64,000 nt of DNA, from the NCBI GenBank assembly GCA_965662775.1, contig CBFIIW010000003.1, positions 16,491 to 80,490 of the forward strand. Direction: 5' to 3'. Within the stretch, counting starts at the first letter, position 1; every line of letters begins with the position of its first letter. Origin of the DNA: Alphaproteobacteria bacterium. GTDB taxonomy: Bacteria > Pseudomonadota > Alphaproteobacteria > UBA7985. Below are positions 1 through 8,629 of this stretch, in pieces. A program made the translations under genes and the position numbers. The notes under the pieces were generated by a model. It was not told where the DNA came from. It searched no databases and was given only the letters and a program-made list of their open reading frames with translations.

Positions 1-720
1 GTCGATGACCGCGGGAGAACCCTTGCCGTGGATCAGGCTGGCGTTCCGGCCCTGATCACAGCCGATGCCGGGCTTCGGGCTTATTTTCAATGGGCGCCAA
101 CCGACGATGGAACCATCCGGTACTTCGATCACATTGCTTTCAGTGATTTGGTGGAAGATGGTTGGACCGAGCCGCAAATTGTCACCTTTGACGCCGATTT
201 CAGCCAGCGGGACCAGCACCTGTACCCCTTTGACCCCACAGTTGTTCGGTTGGAGGACGCCCGCTATCGAATGTATTTTACCCGTAACAACAGCGCTTCG
301 CGGCCACCCAAGCGCGACTTCAGCTTATCTTCTGCGATCAGCGACGATGGTTTGCACTTTCGGCTGGAAGATGGTGATCGCCTTAAGCTCGAAGACGGTC
401 CAATCAACGACTGCGCTGTCATCTTCTTCAATGGTCTCTGGCATCTGATTTCCCCGGATCATTCCAACATCGGAGTCGCGTATTATGCGACATCGCAGGA
501 TGGTTTATTCTTTGAGCGGCAGGACAACTTGTTCTTTGATGGCGGTGCCTGGTTGGGGAACATGGTTGAGAATGAAGGCACAGTGTATTTCTTTGGCACG
601 GGCTTTACCCTCAAGACGACCGACTTCTCGCACTGGCAACTGGTGGATCGTAATCGCTTCGCAGACGCCGGTGTAGCCCTGTTTGACGGACAAATTCACA
701 TGCTATCCGTCGGCCGCTGA
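1..720 (+). CDS. 5'-truncated hypothetical protein, beta-propeller glycoside-hydrolase-like (GH43/GH32-like fold)
   Basis: The ORF is open to the window edge with no upstream stop in frame. It has repeated aromatic-rich blade-like segments (YRMYFT, NGLWHLIS, DGLFFERQ, TVYFFGTG) typical of 5-bladed propeller hydrolases. There is no catalytic motif I can name with certainty. Confidence 0.35.
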   Translation, partial: VDDRGRTLAVDQAGVPALITADAGLRAYFQWAPTDDGTIRYFDHIAFSDLVEDGWTEPQIVTFDADFSQRDQHLYPFDPTVVRLEDARYRMYFTRNNSASRPPKRDFSLSSAISDDGLHFRLEDGDRLKLEDGPINDCAVIFFNGLWHLISPDHSNIGVAYYATSQDGLFFERQDNLFFDGGAWLGNMVENEGTVYFFGTGFTLKTTDFSHWQLVDRNRFADAGVALFDGQIHMLSVGR

Positions 721-903
721 TTTTCAGCCGTGAGCTTTCACCACCACGAGTATCGAGTCTTTGGCAAATGAGCCGCTAAGCGGTCATTTCTTCTCAAAAA
801 CATATATTATCAATATAAAAATTGTTTGATACTTCCTTCAAAACATATTAATTGGATTTTCGGCGGGATCCAAAAAAATCCAGTAATTTTGACTGAGATT
901 GTG

Positions 904-1509
904 ATGACTAAAATTTGGCTGGCTGGCATTGCAGCCTTGATGATGACTGTTGGTACCCCCTTAGCCCACGCCCAGAAAAAAATTGCCGTTCACAAAGCGT
1001 TAGAATTTTCCGCGTTGAAGGTCACGGACGCGACGAGCATTAGCGCGTGCGAAAATCAGCAGGGAAGCCTCATTGGACTTGTAAACGATGGATATTCGAC
1101 GTTTGCAGCTGGTGAGATTGCAGATTACAAAAAGATTCGCTCTCGAATTAAGCGGGGAATTCGAATCCATAATAAAACGTGTGGAAGTGTGAAAGCAAAA
1201 TGGGCAAAATTTAACCCTGAGACCGTAAAGCCAAAGTATTTTCACAACCACCTTGTTTATGAAATTGAGCCTTATGAAGAAATGGCTGAGGCAGAAACGT
1301 GCATTCAGTATACTGATAAAGTCGAATATAAGACTGGACAGTATCAGGAGTACATCGAAAAATTTTCAGATGATCCAGTAAAAAATGCAGATTATGCCGG
1401 CTTATTGGAAGATGCAGCCGCTACATTGTATGATTATGTCCTGACATATGAGAATCTACAGTGTGGTGCTGTGAAAACAGGGCGTAAGCTCGTAGATTTG
1501 CTCGAGTAG
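904..1509 (+). CDS. secreted hypothetical protein (signal peptide, 4 Cys), encoded in a low-GC islet
   Basis: The N-terminus MTKIWLAGIAALMMTVGTPLAHA-QKK is a classic Sec signal peptide with an AXA cleavage site. The gene is ~42% GC against ~60% for its flanks, with an AT-rich upstream region. I do not recognise any family. An alternative start is the ORF-track M at 826. Confidence 0.55.
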   Translation: MTKIWLAGIAALMMTVGTPLAHAQKKIAVHKALEFSALKVTDATSISACENQQGSLIGLVNDGYSTFAAGEIADYKKIRSRIKRGIRIHNKTCGSVKAKWAKFNPETVKPKYFHNHLVYEIEPYEEMAEAETCIQYTDKVEYKTGQYQEYIEKFSDDPVKNADYAGLLEDAAATLYDYVLTYENLQCGAVKTGRKLVDLLE

Positions 1510-1515
1510 TTCGGT

Positions 1516-1548
1516 CCCCGGTTGCTGGAATTAAACCCACAGCCGGGG
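1516..1548. terminator. GC-rich hairpin between convergent genes (CCCCGG...CCGGGG), a possible bidirectional terminator
   Basis: An inverted repeat ccccggttg...cagccgggg sits in the 90-bp gap between the convergent CDS ending at 1509 and 1600. There is no clear T-tract. Confidence 0.3.
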
Positions 1549-1599
1549 TGCCTTCCTCTGCTGACGTGCAGTAAAGCCAGACGGGCCGAGGCATTCTAT

Positions 1600-2151
1600 C
1601 TATCGGCCGCAAGTGTCACCGATCACCAGTGTCAGACCATTTTCACTGGCGACAAAAGCGCCTTGTGAGTCCAGCGCATCGGCGGCACGATCGATTGCAC
1701 TAAATTCTAAGCCCCGCGCCAGTGCAGCTTCAACGATTGCACGCTGGCTCATCTCGCATCCGTTTTGCCCCATGATGTCTACCAAAGTGGCTTCCGACGA
1801 GTTGGGGCTGATCTCGGGCTGCGCTACAACAGTTCCGGCGCAAAGATCGCCGGTGACCAGCACGAAATCTCCATTTACATCACGCCGGACGCCGTGGGCT
1901 CTGATGAGCCGATCCAGGCTGTCCTTCATGTCGATGGGCGCTAAGCCTTCGACCGAGAGGCTGCGGTCGACAACTTCGCGAAAGGTCAGGCGGCAGTCAC
2001 TCAGTTCGAACCAGCCAACGAGGATGTCTTCTGCACGATCCTGCGCGACGGTGAGGGAACTGGCACTGGTCAGAGCGGCGGCGATTGCGGCGAGGGTGAC
2101 AAGAGGGGGCAGCACGGCCTTAGTGAAGGTTTTTCTGATCGTTTCAGTCAT
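1600..2151 (-). CDS. secreted hypothetical protein
   Basis: An internal start MTETIRKTFTKAVLPPLVTLAAIAAALTSASSLTVAQD gives a signal peptide. The start lies 5 bp downstream of the stop of the upstream PLP-enzyme gene, so the two are probably co-transcribed. No known family recognised. Confidence 0.5.
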   Translation of the reverse strand: MTETIRKTFTKAVLPPLVTLAAIAAALTSASSLTVAQDRAEDILVGWFELSDCRLTFREVVDRSLSVEGLAPIDMKDSLDRLIRAHGVRRDVNGDFVLVTGDLCAGTVVAQPEISPNSSEATLVDIMGQNGCEMSQRAIVEAALARGLEFSAIDRAADALDSQGAFVASENGLTLVIGDTCGR

Positions 2152-2156
2152 GGCGA

Positions 2157-3092
2157 TCAGGCTCCCTTCATGAACCAGTCCGGCTCTGCATTGGCACCAC
2201 AAAGCAGAACAGCAACGCGTTCATCCTTTTCCGGGAGGTAAGCACCGGAAGTGAGGGCTGCAAGGGCGGTAGCGGCACTGGGCTCAACCACGATCCGGCT
2301 GGCTTCCCAAAGGCGCCTTTGGGCCTCAAACGTGTCGGCGTCAGAAACAACGACATGACCGGCAAGCCACATTTGCGCAGCGGCCCAGCCTCGGTCACCA
2401 ATGGCGCTTGCGCCAAGTGCGCTGGCCGATATCCCACTGGGCAAAATGGAGACCTGCTCGTTTTTCTCTCGACTTGGTGCCATAGAGGCGGTCAGCTCAG
2501 TTTCAACCGAAATCACCCTGACATCGTCCTGATACTGAGACAGGATCCCGCCAATCAGGCCGCCGCCGCCAACCGAAACCAACAGGGTATCAATGTGCGC
2601 CTGGGCTGAAAGTTCCAGCGCTACTGTACCTTGACCGGCGAGCGTTGCGTCGCTGTCAAAAGGGTGGATTTCCAGTGCGCCAGTGCGCGCTGCGTGAGCT
2701 TGGCACTCAATGTATGCCTGGCCGACCGGATCTGGAACGGCGATCACCGTGGCGCCGAACCCACGCATGCGGCGTAATTTGACCTCGGCAGCAATGGCCG
2801 CTGGCACGTAGATGGTCGAAGGAATGCCCAGCGCGGTCGCTGCATAAGCAACCCCGGCACCATGGTTTCCCCCCGACGTAGCGACCACCCCAGCTTCACT
2901 TAGCGTCTGGGTCAGTAGGTTATTGAAAGCGCCACGCAGTTTGAACGAGCCGGTCGCTTGCAGGTGTTCCAGCTTGAGTGTCACCGGGAACCCCAGGCCC
3001 AAGGCGTCGACATCCATTTCCGCCACTGGGGTGCGACGGATATGGGGAGAAATGCGCCCGTAGGCGGCTTCAATTTCGGCGCGTCCAATCAT
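2157..3092 (-). CDS. PLP-dependent threonine/serine dehydratase family protein (fold-type II)
   Basis: It has the PLP-lysine motif SFKLRGA, a glycine-rich loop GGGGLIGG, and the overall length and pattern of the serine/threonine dehydratase family. Confidence 0.85.
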   Translation of the reverse strand: MIGRAEIEAAYGRISPHIRRTPVAEMDVDALGLGFPVTLKLEHLQATGSFKLRGAFNNLLTQTLSEAGVVATSGGNHGAGVAYAATALGIPSTIYVPAAIAAEVKLRRMRGFGATVIAVPDPVGQAYIECQAHAARTGALEIHPFDSDATLAGQGTVALELSAQAHIDTLLVSVGGGGLIGGILSQYQDDVRVISVETELTASMAPSREKNEQVSILPSGISASALGASAIGDRGWAAAQMWLAGHVVVSDADTFEAQRRLWEASRIVVEPSAATALAALTSGAYLPEKDERVAVLLCGANAEPDWFMKGA

Positions 3093-3350
3093 GATGAGGC
3101 CTCATTGTCCATGTGTCGCGACCATTACCCTCTTCAGGGCACGGCGCGAAGTACTGATTGTTCCTGTGAGTCAGGCAGCCCAGTTTGACGCCTTGGGTCA
3201 AGCCCTCATGCGCCCTGGCAGGGGCGAAAGGTAATAGCAGGCAAGGCTTGCCCCTTGCATCAAGCTTCTATAGGCAGGCAGACTGCTTTTGCACGGCGGG
3301 CTGCGCTCGCCATCCTGCCGCTATCTTGCAATGCCATGAAGAGGTCCGAC

Positions 3351-4022
3351 ATGACGAATTACCTGCATCAGGCAGACCTGCCCGACGACGTCGACCTCGG
3401 GCCTGTTTTTGCGATAGATACCGAGACCATGGGGCTGAACCTGACCCGTGATCGCCTTTGCCTTGTTCAGGTCAGCGACGGCAACGGCGATGCACACCTG
3501 GTGCAGATGCCTCAACGCTCCATGCCCGGCACAGCGCCCTTCGCCGGCGCTGTGGCCACAACAGCAACAGCCTCTGCGCCACTGGCCCCGAACCTCTGTC
3601 GGCAGCTAGGAGATCCGAACCGGCTCAAGCTCATGCACTTTGCCCGCTTTGATATCGCAAGCGTGTACGCCTATCTGGGCGTATTGATGACGAACGTGTA
3701 CTGCACCAAGCTCGCAAGCCGGATGATCCGTACCACAACTGACCGGCACGGGCTGCGTGATCTGTGCAAGGAGATGCTCGGTGTGGAAATCTCCAAGTTC
3801 AACCAAACCAGCGACTGGGGCGCGGTGACCCTAAGCCCGGAACAGCTGGACTATGCGGCCTCGGACGTGCTGCACCTGCACGCGCTTCGGAGCAAGCTCG
3901 ATGGGCTGCTCGAACGGGAGGGCCGATTGGCACTGGCGCAAAGGTGCTTCGATTTCCTGCCGCATCGTGCCCAGCTTGACCTGCTTGGCTGGGACGAGCG
4001 AGACATCTTTGCCCACAGTTGA
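3351..4022 (+). CDS. rnd: 3'-5' exonuclease, RNase D-like (DEDDy family)
   Basis: The FAIDTETMGL (Exo I) motif and the YAASDVLHL (Exo III, DEDDy) motif are present. A GAGG RBS sits before the ATG at 3351. Position upstream of lptA-lptB-rpoN matches alphaproteobacterial synteny. It contains a ~30-aa Ala/Thr-rich insertion. Confidence 0.8.
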   Translation: MTNYLHQADLPDDVDLGPVFAIDTETMGLNLTRDRLCLVQVSDGNGDAHLVQMPQRSMPGTAPFAGAVATTATASAPLAPNLCRQLGDPNRLKLMHFARFDIASVYAYLGVLMTNVYCTKLASRMIRTTTDRHGLRDLCKEMLGVEISKFNQTSDWGAVTLSPEQLDYAASDVLHLHALRSKLDGLLEREGRLALAQRCFDFLPHRAQLDLLGWDERDIFAHS

Positions 4023-4104
4023 GACCCGAGCGCCGCTCGCACAGACCGCACCGCGATCCCGGCGATCCCGGCGAGGGCGGCTTGTCGCTGCTGCCCGAAT
4101 TGCG

Positions 4105-4374
4105 TTGGTTCTTTTGTGTTGTGGACTGGGAGCGGCCGCTCTGTTGACCCGAGCGACCTCAACCGGGGGTGATCGACTGTCGATCGTTGGTCCACCGGAT
4201 GGTTTGACTGCGCCAGCGTCGGCTGAAGGCGCATCTTCACTCCAGCTCAACGGTCCGGTTGAGTTCGTCGGCGCTCATGGCCTGTCGCTGTCAGCGCAGG
4301 ACGGCGCGACGCTTGACCCGGATGGGGCATCTTTCACGCTTCTCGGCCGTTCGCAGGCCTCCACCAGTCGTTAA
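4105..4374 (+). CDS. small membrane-anchored protein, possible short or degenerate LptC
   Basis: It is the only ORF in the 390-bp slot between rnd and lptA, where lptC normally sits. A TTG start gives LVLLCCGLGAAALL (a TM helix) followed by a beta-rich segment. At ~90 aa it is far shorter than canonical LptC, which is ~190 aa. Confidence 0.25.
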   Translation: MVLLCCGLGAAALLTRATSTGGDRLSIVGPPDGLTAPASAEGASSLQLNGPVEFVGAHGLSLSAQDGATLDPDGASFTLLGRSQASTSR

Positions 4375-4410
4375 TGGTCTAGACGTTCAGTCTGGGCTAA
4401 AGTTGAAAGC

Positions 4411-5295
4411 ATGAAACAACGCCTGTCTTCCCTGCTTATCGGCGTGTCGGCTGCTATTCGTGCACGATGGAAGGCCGCGTCTGCGGTTCCTTCAGCGGCT
4501 GTTACGGCTTCTCGGCTCGTTCTGGTTACGGTCCTCGCATTCGCTTGTTTTGACCCGGCACCGGTGCCGGCGGTGGCCCAATCGCGCGCAACCGGCAGCG
4601 ATTTTGACCTTGCCGCGCAGAACGGCATTTCCTTCGACGCCAACACAGGTGTGTATCGCGCCACCGGAGAGGTGCAGTTGGTCGTTGGCGACTGGGTGGT
4701 TCTCGCCGATGGCATTGAAGCCAGCCTCCGGGAAAATGAACTCTCGGTCAGTGGTCATGGCCAGACCGGACCAGACCTCTCTAAGATTACAGCCTCGGGC
4801 GGGGTCTTTGTCCGCAATCCGCAGGTCACCGCCCGATGTGAGACACTAACGCTCGACCCCGACCGTGAAACTGTCAACCTGACCGGTCCTGGCGTGGTTC
4901 TGCAGCTCGAAGGCAGCCGACTGGTGACCGATGGCGTTTTACGGTTCGATGCACGTGCGGGTCGCTTCAGCCTTGATGGCGCCTTCATTCTGCAGTGGGA
5001 CGGCCTGCGGCTGTCGGCAGAGGCAGCTTCGGGGGCACTTGATGAAACCCGATTAGCCTTGCTGGAGGCCCGTGGTGGGGCTGCGCTGGAGGGAACTGGC
5101 TGGCGCGCGGCGGCGCAAACAGTGCGCTTCGATCAGGCGGCGGCGCAGGTTCGGCTCAATGGCGCGGCTGTGGTGCAGCAGGGCGATTTGATGCTTTCAG
5201 GAACCGGGCTGGTCTACGACCTCGATACCGGTAGCCTCATGCTTGATGGCGGGGCGGGTGGGCGCATCTCCGGTACGTTGAGCGGCCAGCCATGA
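4411..5295 (+). CDS. lptA: LPS export periplasmic protein LptA (OstA-like N-terminal domain)
   Basis: There is a signal peptide, then an OstA_N-like beta-jellyroll (GISFDANTGVYRATGEVQLVVGDWVVLADGIEA). It is immediately upstream of, and overlaps, lptB. Confidence 0.8.
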   Translation: MKQRLSSLLIGVSAAIRARWKAASAVPSAAVTASRLVLVTVLAFACFDPAPVPAVAQSRATGSDFDLAAQNGISFDANTGVYRATGEVQLVVGDWVVLADGIEASLRENELSVSGHGQTGPDLSKITASGGVFVRNPQVTARCETLTLDPDRETVNLTGPGVVLQLEGSRLVTDGVLRFDARAGRFSLDGAFILQWDGLRLSAEAASGALDETRLALLEARGGAALEGTGWRAAAQTVRFDQAAAQVRLNGAAVVQQGDLMLSGTGLVYDLDTGSLMLDGGAGGRISGTLSGQP

Positions 5296-6041
5296 CGACC
5301 GCAGCATCATCTGATACTGGGCGCGAAGGCCTGTTGGTTGACGGGCTATGTGTCACCCGTGCTGGCCGGACGGTCGTACACAACCTGTCACTGCAGGTTG
5401 CGCCAGGACAACTGGTCGGCCTGCTTGGCCCTAATGGCGCGGGGAAGAGCACGGCGTTTCAGGCAATCATCGGTCTTGTCCAGAGCCAGAGCGGGGGCAT
5501 CAGCCTGAATGGTCAATCGCTGGAGCGGCTCCCAATGTTTCGCCGTGCTCGTGCTGGGCTGGGTTATATGCCGCAGGACGCCACCGTATTTACCGGCCTC
5601 ACGGTTCGACAGAACATCGCGGCCGTGATGGAAATCGGATTGCCGCGCCGCGAACGCCCGGAACACTTCGAGCATCTGGTTGAGGAATTTGCCCTCGGCG
5701 ACCTCCTCGACCAACGTGCAGAAACCCTGTCTGGTGGCCAGCGCCGCCGTCTGGAACTCGCGCGGACGTTGGCAACCCGTCCAGAAATTGTGATGCTCGA
5801 TGAACCGTTTGCAGGGGTTGATCCCATTGCCATTGACGTGCTGCAGACGGCGATCAAAACCATTCAGTCGATGGGCTATGGCGTCCTGATCACAGACCAC
5901 AACGTGCGTGAAACGTTGGCGCTGGTGGAGCATGTGGTGCTGATTGATAAAGGTGAAGTGCTGATTGAGGGCCCGTCGGCTGCAATTGAAGCAGATGAAG
6001 CGGCTAAAAAACACTATTTAGGAGAGAATTTTTCTCTTTAA
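5292..6041 (+). CDS. lptB: LPS export ABC transporter ATP-binding protein LptB
   Basis: Walker A GPNGAGKST, signature LSGGQRRRLELAR, Walker B IVMLDEPFAGVD. Sits in the lptA-lptB-rpoN context. Confidence 0.9.
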   Translation: MTTAASSDTGREGLLVDGLCVTRAGRTVVHNLSLQVAPGQLVGLLGPNGAGKSTAFQAIIGLVQSQSGGISLNGQSLERLPMFRRARAGLGYMPQDATVFTGLTVRQNIAAVMEIGLPRRERPEHFEHLVEEFALGDLLDQRAETLSGGQRRRLELARTLATRPEIVMLDEPFAGVDPIAIDVLQTAIKTIQSMGYGVLITDHNVRETLALVEHVVLIDKGEVLIEGPSAAIEADEAAKKHYLGENFSL

Positions 6042-6286
6042 ATACGGCTAAATATAGCTTGTAATTCTGATGTTCTGATCGCTGTGGCAAAAGCGCCGCA
6101 GACGCGCAAGCAATCTCCGCGCCAGATTTTATGCTCTGGCACGATTCCACCCATTTCTGGTATTAATCGTGTGATTTAGAGAACACTTTGGTTTCACTAC
6201 GAGAAAACATAAATGATTTATAATGTTTTAGATGAGAAAAGTCAGAGGCAATTTCGTGTCGAAGTCCTGGCGTCAGGGTAACGCGC

Positions 6287-7822
6287 ATGGCAATTTCACA
6301 GAATCTCGCGCTCAAACAGGGTCAGTCGCTGGTGATGACACCGCAGCTGCAGCAGGCGATTAAGCTGCTGCAGTTGTCGAATGTTGAACTTAACGAATAC
6401 ATTGAGCGTGAACTGGAAAAAAACCCACTGCTGGAACGGGATGAGACTCAGGGTGAGCCGCGGAGCTCGCCTGAAACTGTCTCCGCCGAGGGCGACGGCT
6501 CGGGTGGTGAGGCCCGCAGCAGCGATACGCCAAGCAGCGATCTAACACCGGTGAGCGAGTTGGCGCCGCTGGACGACGGCACGGCGGCAGTCAGCGAAAT
6601 TGACGATAACTGGCAAGGTCGGGACGACACGGCCGATGCACAGGTTGGTGCATCCGTCGCATTTGAGAACTGGGGCAGCGGCGGCAGCCGTGGTTTCGAT
6701 GGTGGAGAGGATTTCGACCTCGAAAACCGCCTTCGTTCGGAAGAATCCCTCCGCGATAAGATTGTAAGTCAGATCAACATTGAGCTCGACGATCCAGCCG
6801 ATCGAATGATTGCCTTCACGCTGATGGAAAATCTCGACGAAGCGGGGTATCTGCGGCTCGACTTACCGCAGATTGCCGACCGTATGGACTGCCCGCTCAG
6901 TCATGTCGAAGGCGTCCTGCGACATTTACAGGGCTTTGAACCAACAGGTATTTTTGCCCGTGACCTGAAAGAATGCCTGACGCTGCAACTCGCAGAGATG
7001 CGAGCCCTGGATGGCCCGATGATGGGGTTGCTCGATAACCTTGAGCTCCTCGCCAGCGGCAACCTGCCGAAACTCGTAAAGGTATGCCGGGTCAGCCAGG
7101 AAATCTTGGTCGAACGTGTTCGACTGCTGCGTTCGGTTGACCCAAAGCCCGCGTCTTCCTTCAACATAGATGCGGCGCAAGTGGTGACGCCTGATGTGCT
7201 CCTCCGGCCCAACCCGGCTGGGGGCTGGATTGTGGAGCTGAACCCCGACAACCTGCCACGAGTTCTGGTTAACAACACCTATTCTGGCATGGTTACGGGC
7301 GGCAAACTGCGCAAAAAAGACAAAGATTATCTCAACGAGCAGATGCAGACAGCGAACTGGCTGGTTAAGGCGCTGCACCAGCGCGCCACGACCATCATGA
7401 AGGTGGCCTCGACCATCGTTGAGCGGCAGGAGCTGTTCTTCACCAAGGGTGTGCAGCATCTCAAGCCCCTCATTCTCCGCGATATTTCAGAGGCGGTGGA
7501 CATTCACGAGTCGACGGTATCCCGAGCGACCACGAATAAGTACATCAGCACGCCACGCGGCATATTCGAGCTGAAATATTTCTTCACTGCGTCCATCTCG
7601 GCGGCTGGCGACGGTGAGGCTCATTCGGCAGAGGCCGTCCGGCATCGAATCAAAGCGCTGGTCGATGCGGAACAGGCAAATGCGATCCTTTCCGACGATA
7701 CGATCGTAGACCTGCTGAAGGACGATGGCGTTGATATCGCTCGGCGGACAGTGGCAAAATACCGCGAAGCTTTGCGCATCCCATCGTCCGTGAAGCGCCG
7801 CCGCCTCAAAGCCATGGCCTGA
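6287..7822 (+). CDS. rpoN: RNA polymerase sigma-54 factor RpoN
   Basis: N-terminal Gln/Leu-rich activator-interaction region (LVMTPQLQQAIKLLQLSNVEL), an acidic linker, and the C-terminal RpoN box ARRTVAKYRE. Confidence 0.95.
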   Translation: MAISQNLALKQGQSLVMTPQLQQAIKLLQLSNVELNEYIERELEKNPLLERDETQGEPRSSPETVSAEGDGSGGEARSSDTPSSDLTPVSELAPLDDGTAAVSEIDDNWQGRDDTADAQVGASVAFENWGSGGSRGFDGGEDFDLENRLRSEESLRDKIVSQINIELDDPADRMIAFTLMENLDEAGYLRLDLPQIADRMDCPLSHVEGVLRHLQGFEPTGIFARDLKECLTLQLAEMRALDGPMMGLLDNLELLASGNLPKLVKVCRVSQEILVERVRLLRSVDPKPASSFNIDAAQVVTPDVLLRPNPAGGWIVELNPDNLPRVLVNNTYSGMVTGGKLRKKDKDYLNEQMQTANWLVKALHQRATTIMKVASTIVERQELFFTKGVQHLKPLILRDISEAVDIHESTVSRATTNKYISTPRGIFELKYFFTASISAAGDGEAHSAEAVRHRIKALVDAEQANAILSDDTIVDLLKDDGVDIARRTVAKYREALRIPSSVKRRRLKAMA

Positions 7823-7996
7823 GGACGCGGGATTTCCGGTCGGAAACAGGAAATCTTCCCGGATCGAAGATTGCGATGAACCGGGTTCGTGCTTACCTCA
7901 GAGGTGAAGTTGCAGAAGCGACAGGCATCAATCGGGCATTTTTCCCTTACCCTTGGGGCACCCCCTTCTGCCGCCAACATGCACCACACCTAGACG

Positions 7997-8587
7997 ATGG
8001 AGTTTCTCATGCAGATCAGCGTTACGTCTCGCCAAATGGATGTCAGCTCGGCCCTTGAAGCACGAGCGCAGGAAGCCGTTACGGCCCTGCTCGATAAGTA
8101 CTTTGGTCATGGACTCAGCGCGGAGGTGGTGTTTTCCAAGAGCGGGGGCGGCTTTCACTGCATGATTACGGTGCACGTGCACCGTAATCTCGAGCTGCAG
8201 GCCAGCGACGAAACCAGCGATGCGCACACCAGCCTCGATCAAGCCGCCGAAAAGCTCGCGAAACGGCTGCGTCGCTACAAGCGTCGGCTGAATGACCATC
8301 GCGGACTGGCCGAGGAGGCTGAAACCCGAGCTGCACGCGCGGTGGTTTTTGAGGCGTCAGCGACTGATTCGGTGGCAGGGTACGCCGACTCCGACGCCGA
8401 TGAAGGCGATTTCGCCACCATCGTGGCGGAGCGGCAGACCGAGATCCAGCGACTAACGGTCGCGCAGGCGGTCGCGCGCCTCGATCTTTCGGGGCTTAAC
8501 GCACTCCTGTTCGAATCAGATGGCAGGGTCAACCTCGTATATCGGCGGAATGATGGTAATATCGGTTGGATCGATCCGGGGCAGTAA
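7997..8587 (+). CDS. hpf: ribosome hibernation promoting factor (long form HPF)
   Basis: S30AE-family N-terminal domain (MQISVTSRQMDVSSALE...VHVHRNLELQA) plus a C-terminal dimerisation extension. Its position after rpoN is conserved. Confidence 0.9.
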   Translation: MEFLMQISVTSRQMDVSSALEARAQEAVTALLDKYFGHGLSAEVVFSKSGGGFHCMITVHVHRNLELQASDETSDAHTSLDQAAEKLAKRLRRYKRRLNDHRGLAEEAETRAARAVVFEASATDSVAGYADSDADEGDFATIVAERQTEIQRLTVAQAVARLDLSGLNALLFESDGRVNLVYRRNDGNIGWIDPGQ

Positions 8588-8629
8588 GTCGCCCGAGCGA
8601 CCACCATCATCTTTATTAGGATAAGAGTT

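Noticed and set aside
3853-4104. Upstream portion of ORF 3853..4374 overlapping the 3' half of rnd
   Set aside because: It would require ~170 bp of out-of-frame overlap with the RNase D gene. Only the part downstream of the rnd stop is considered as a possible short lptC.
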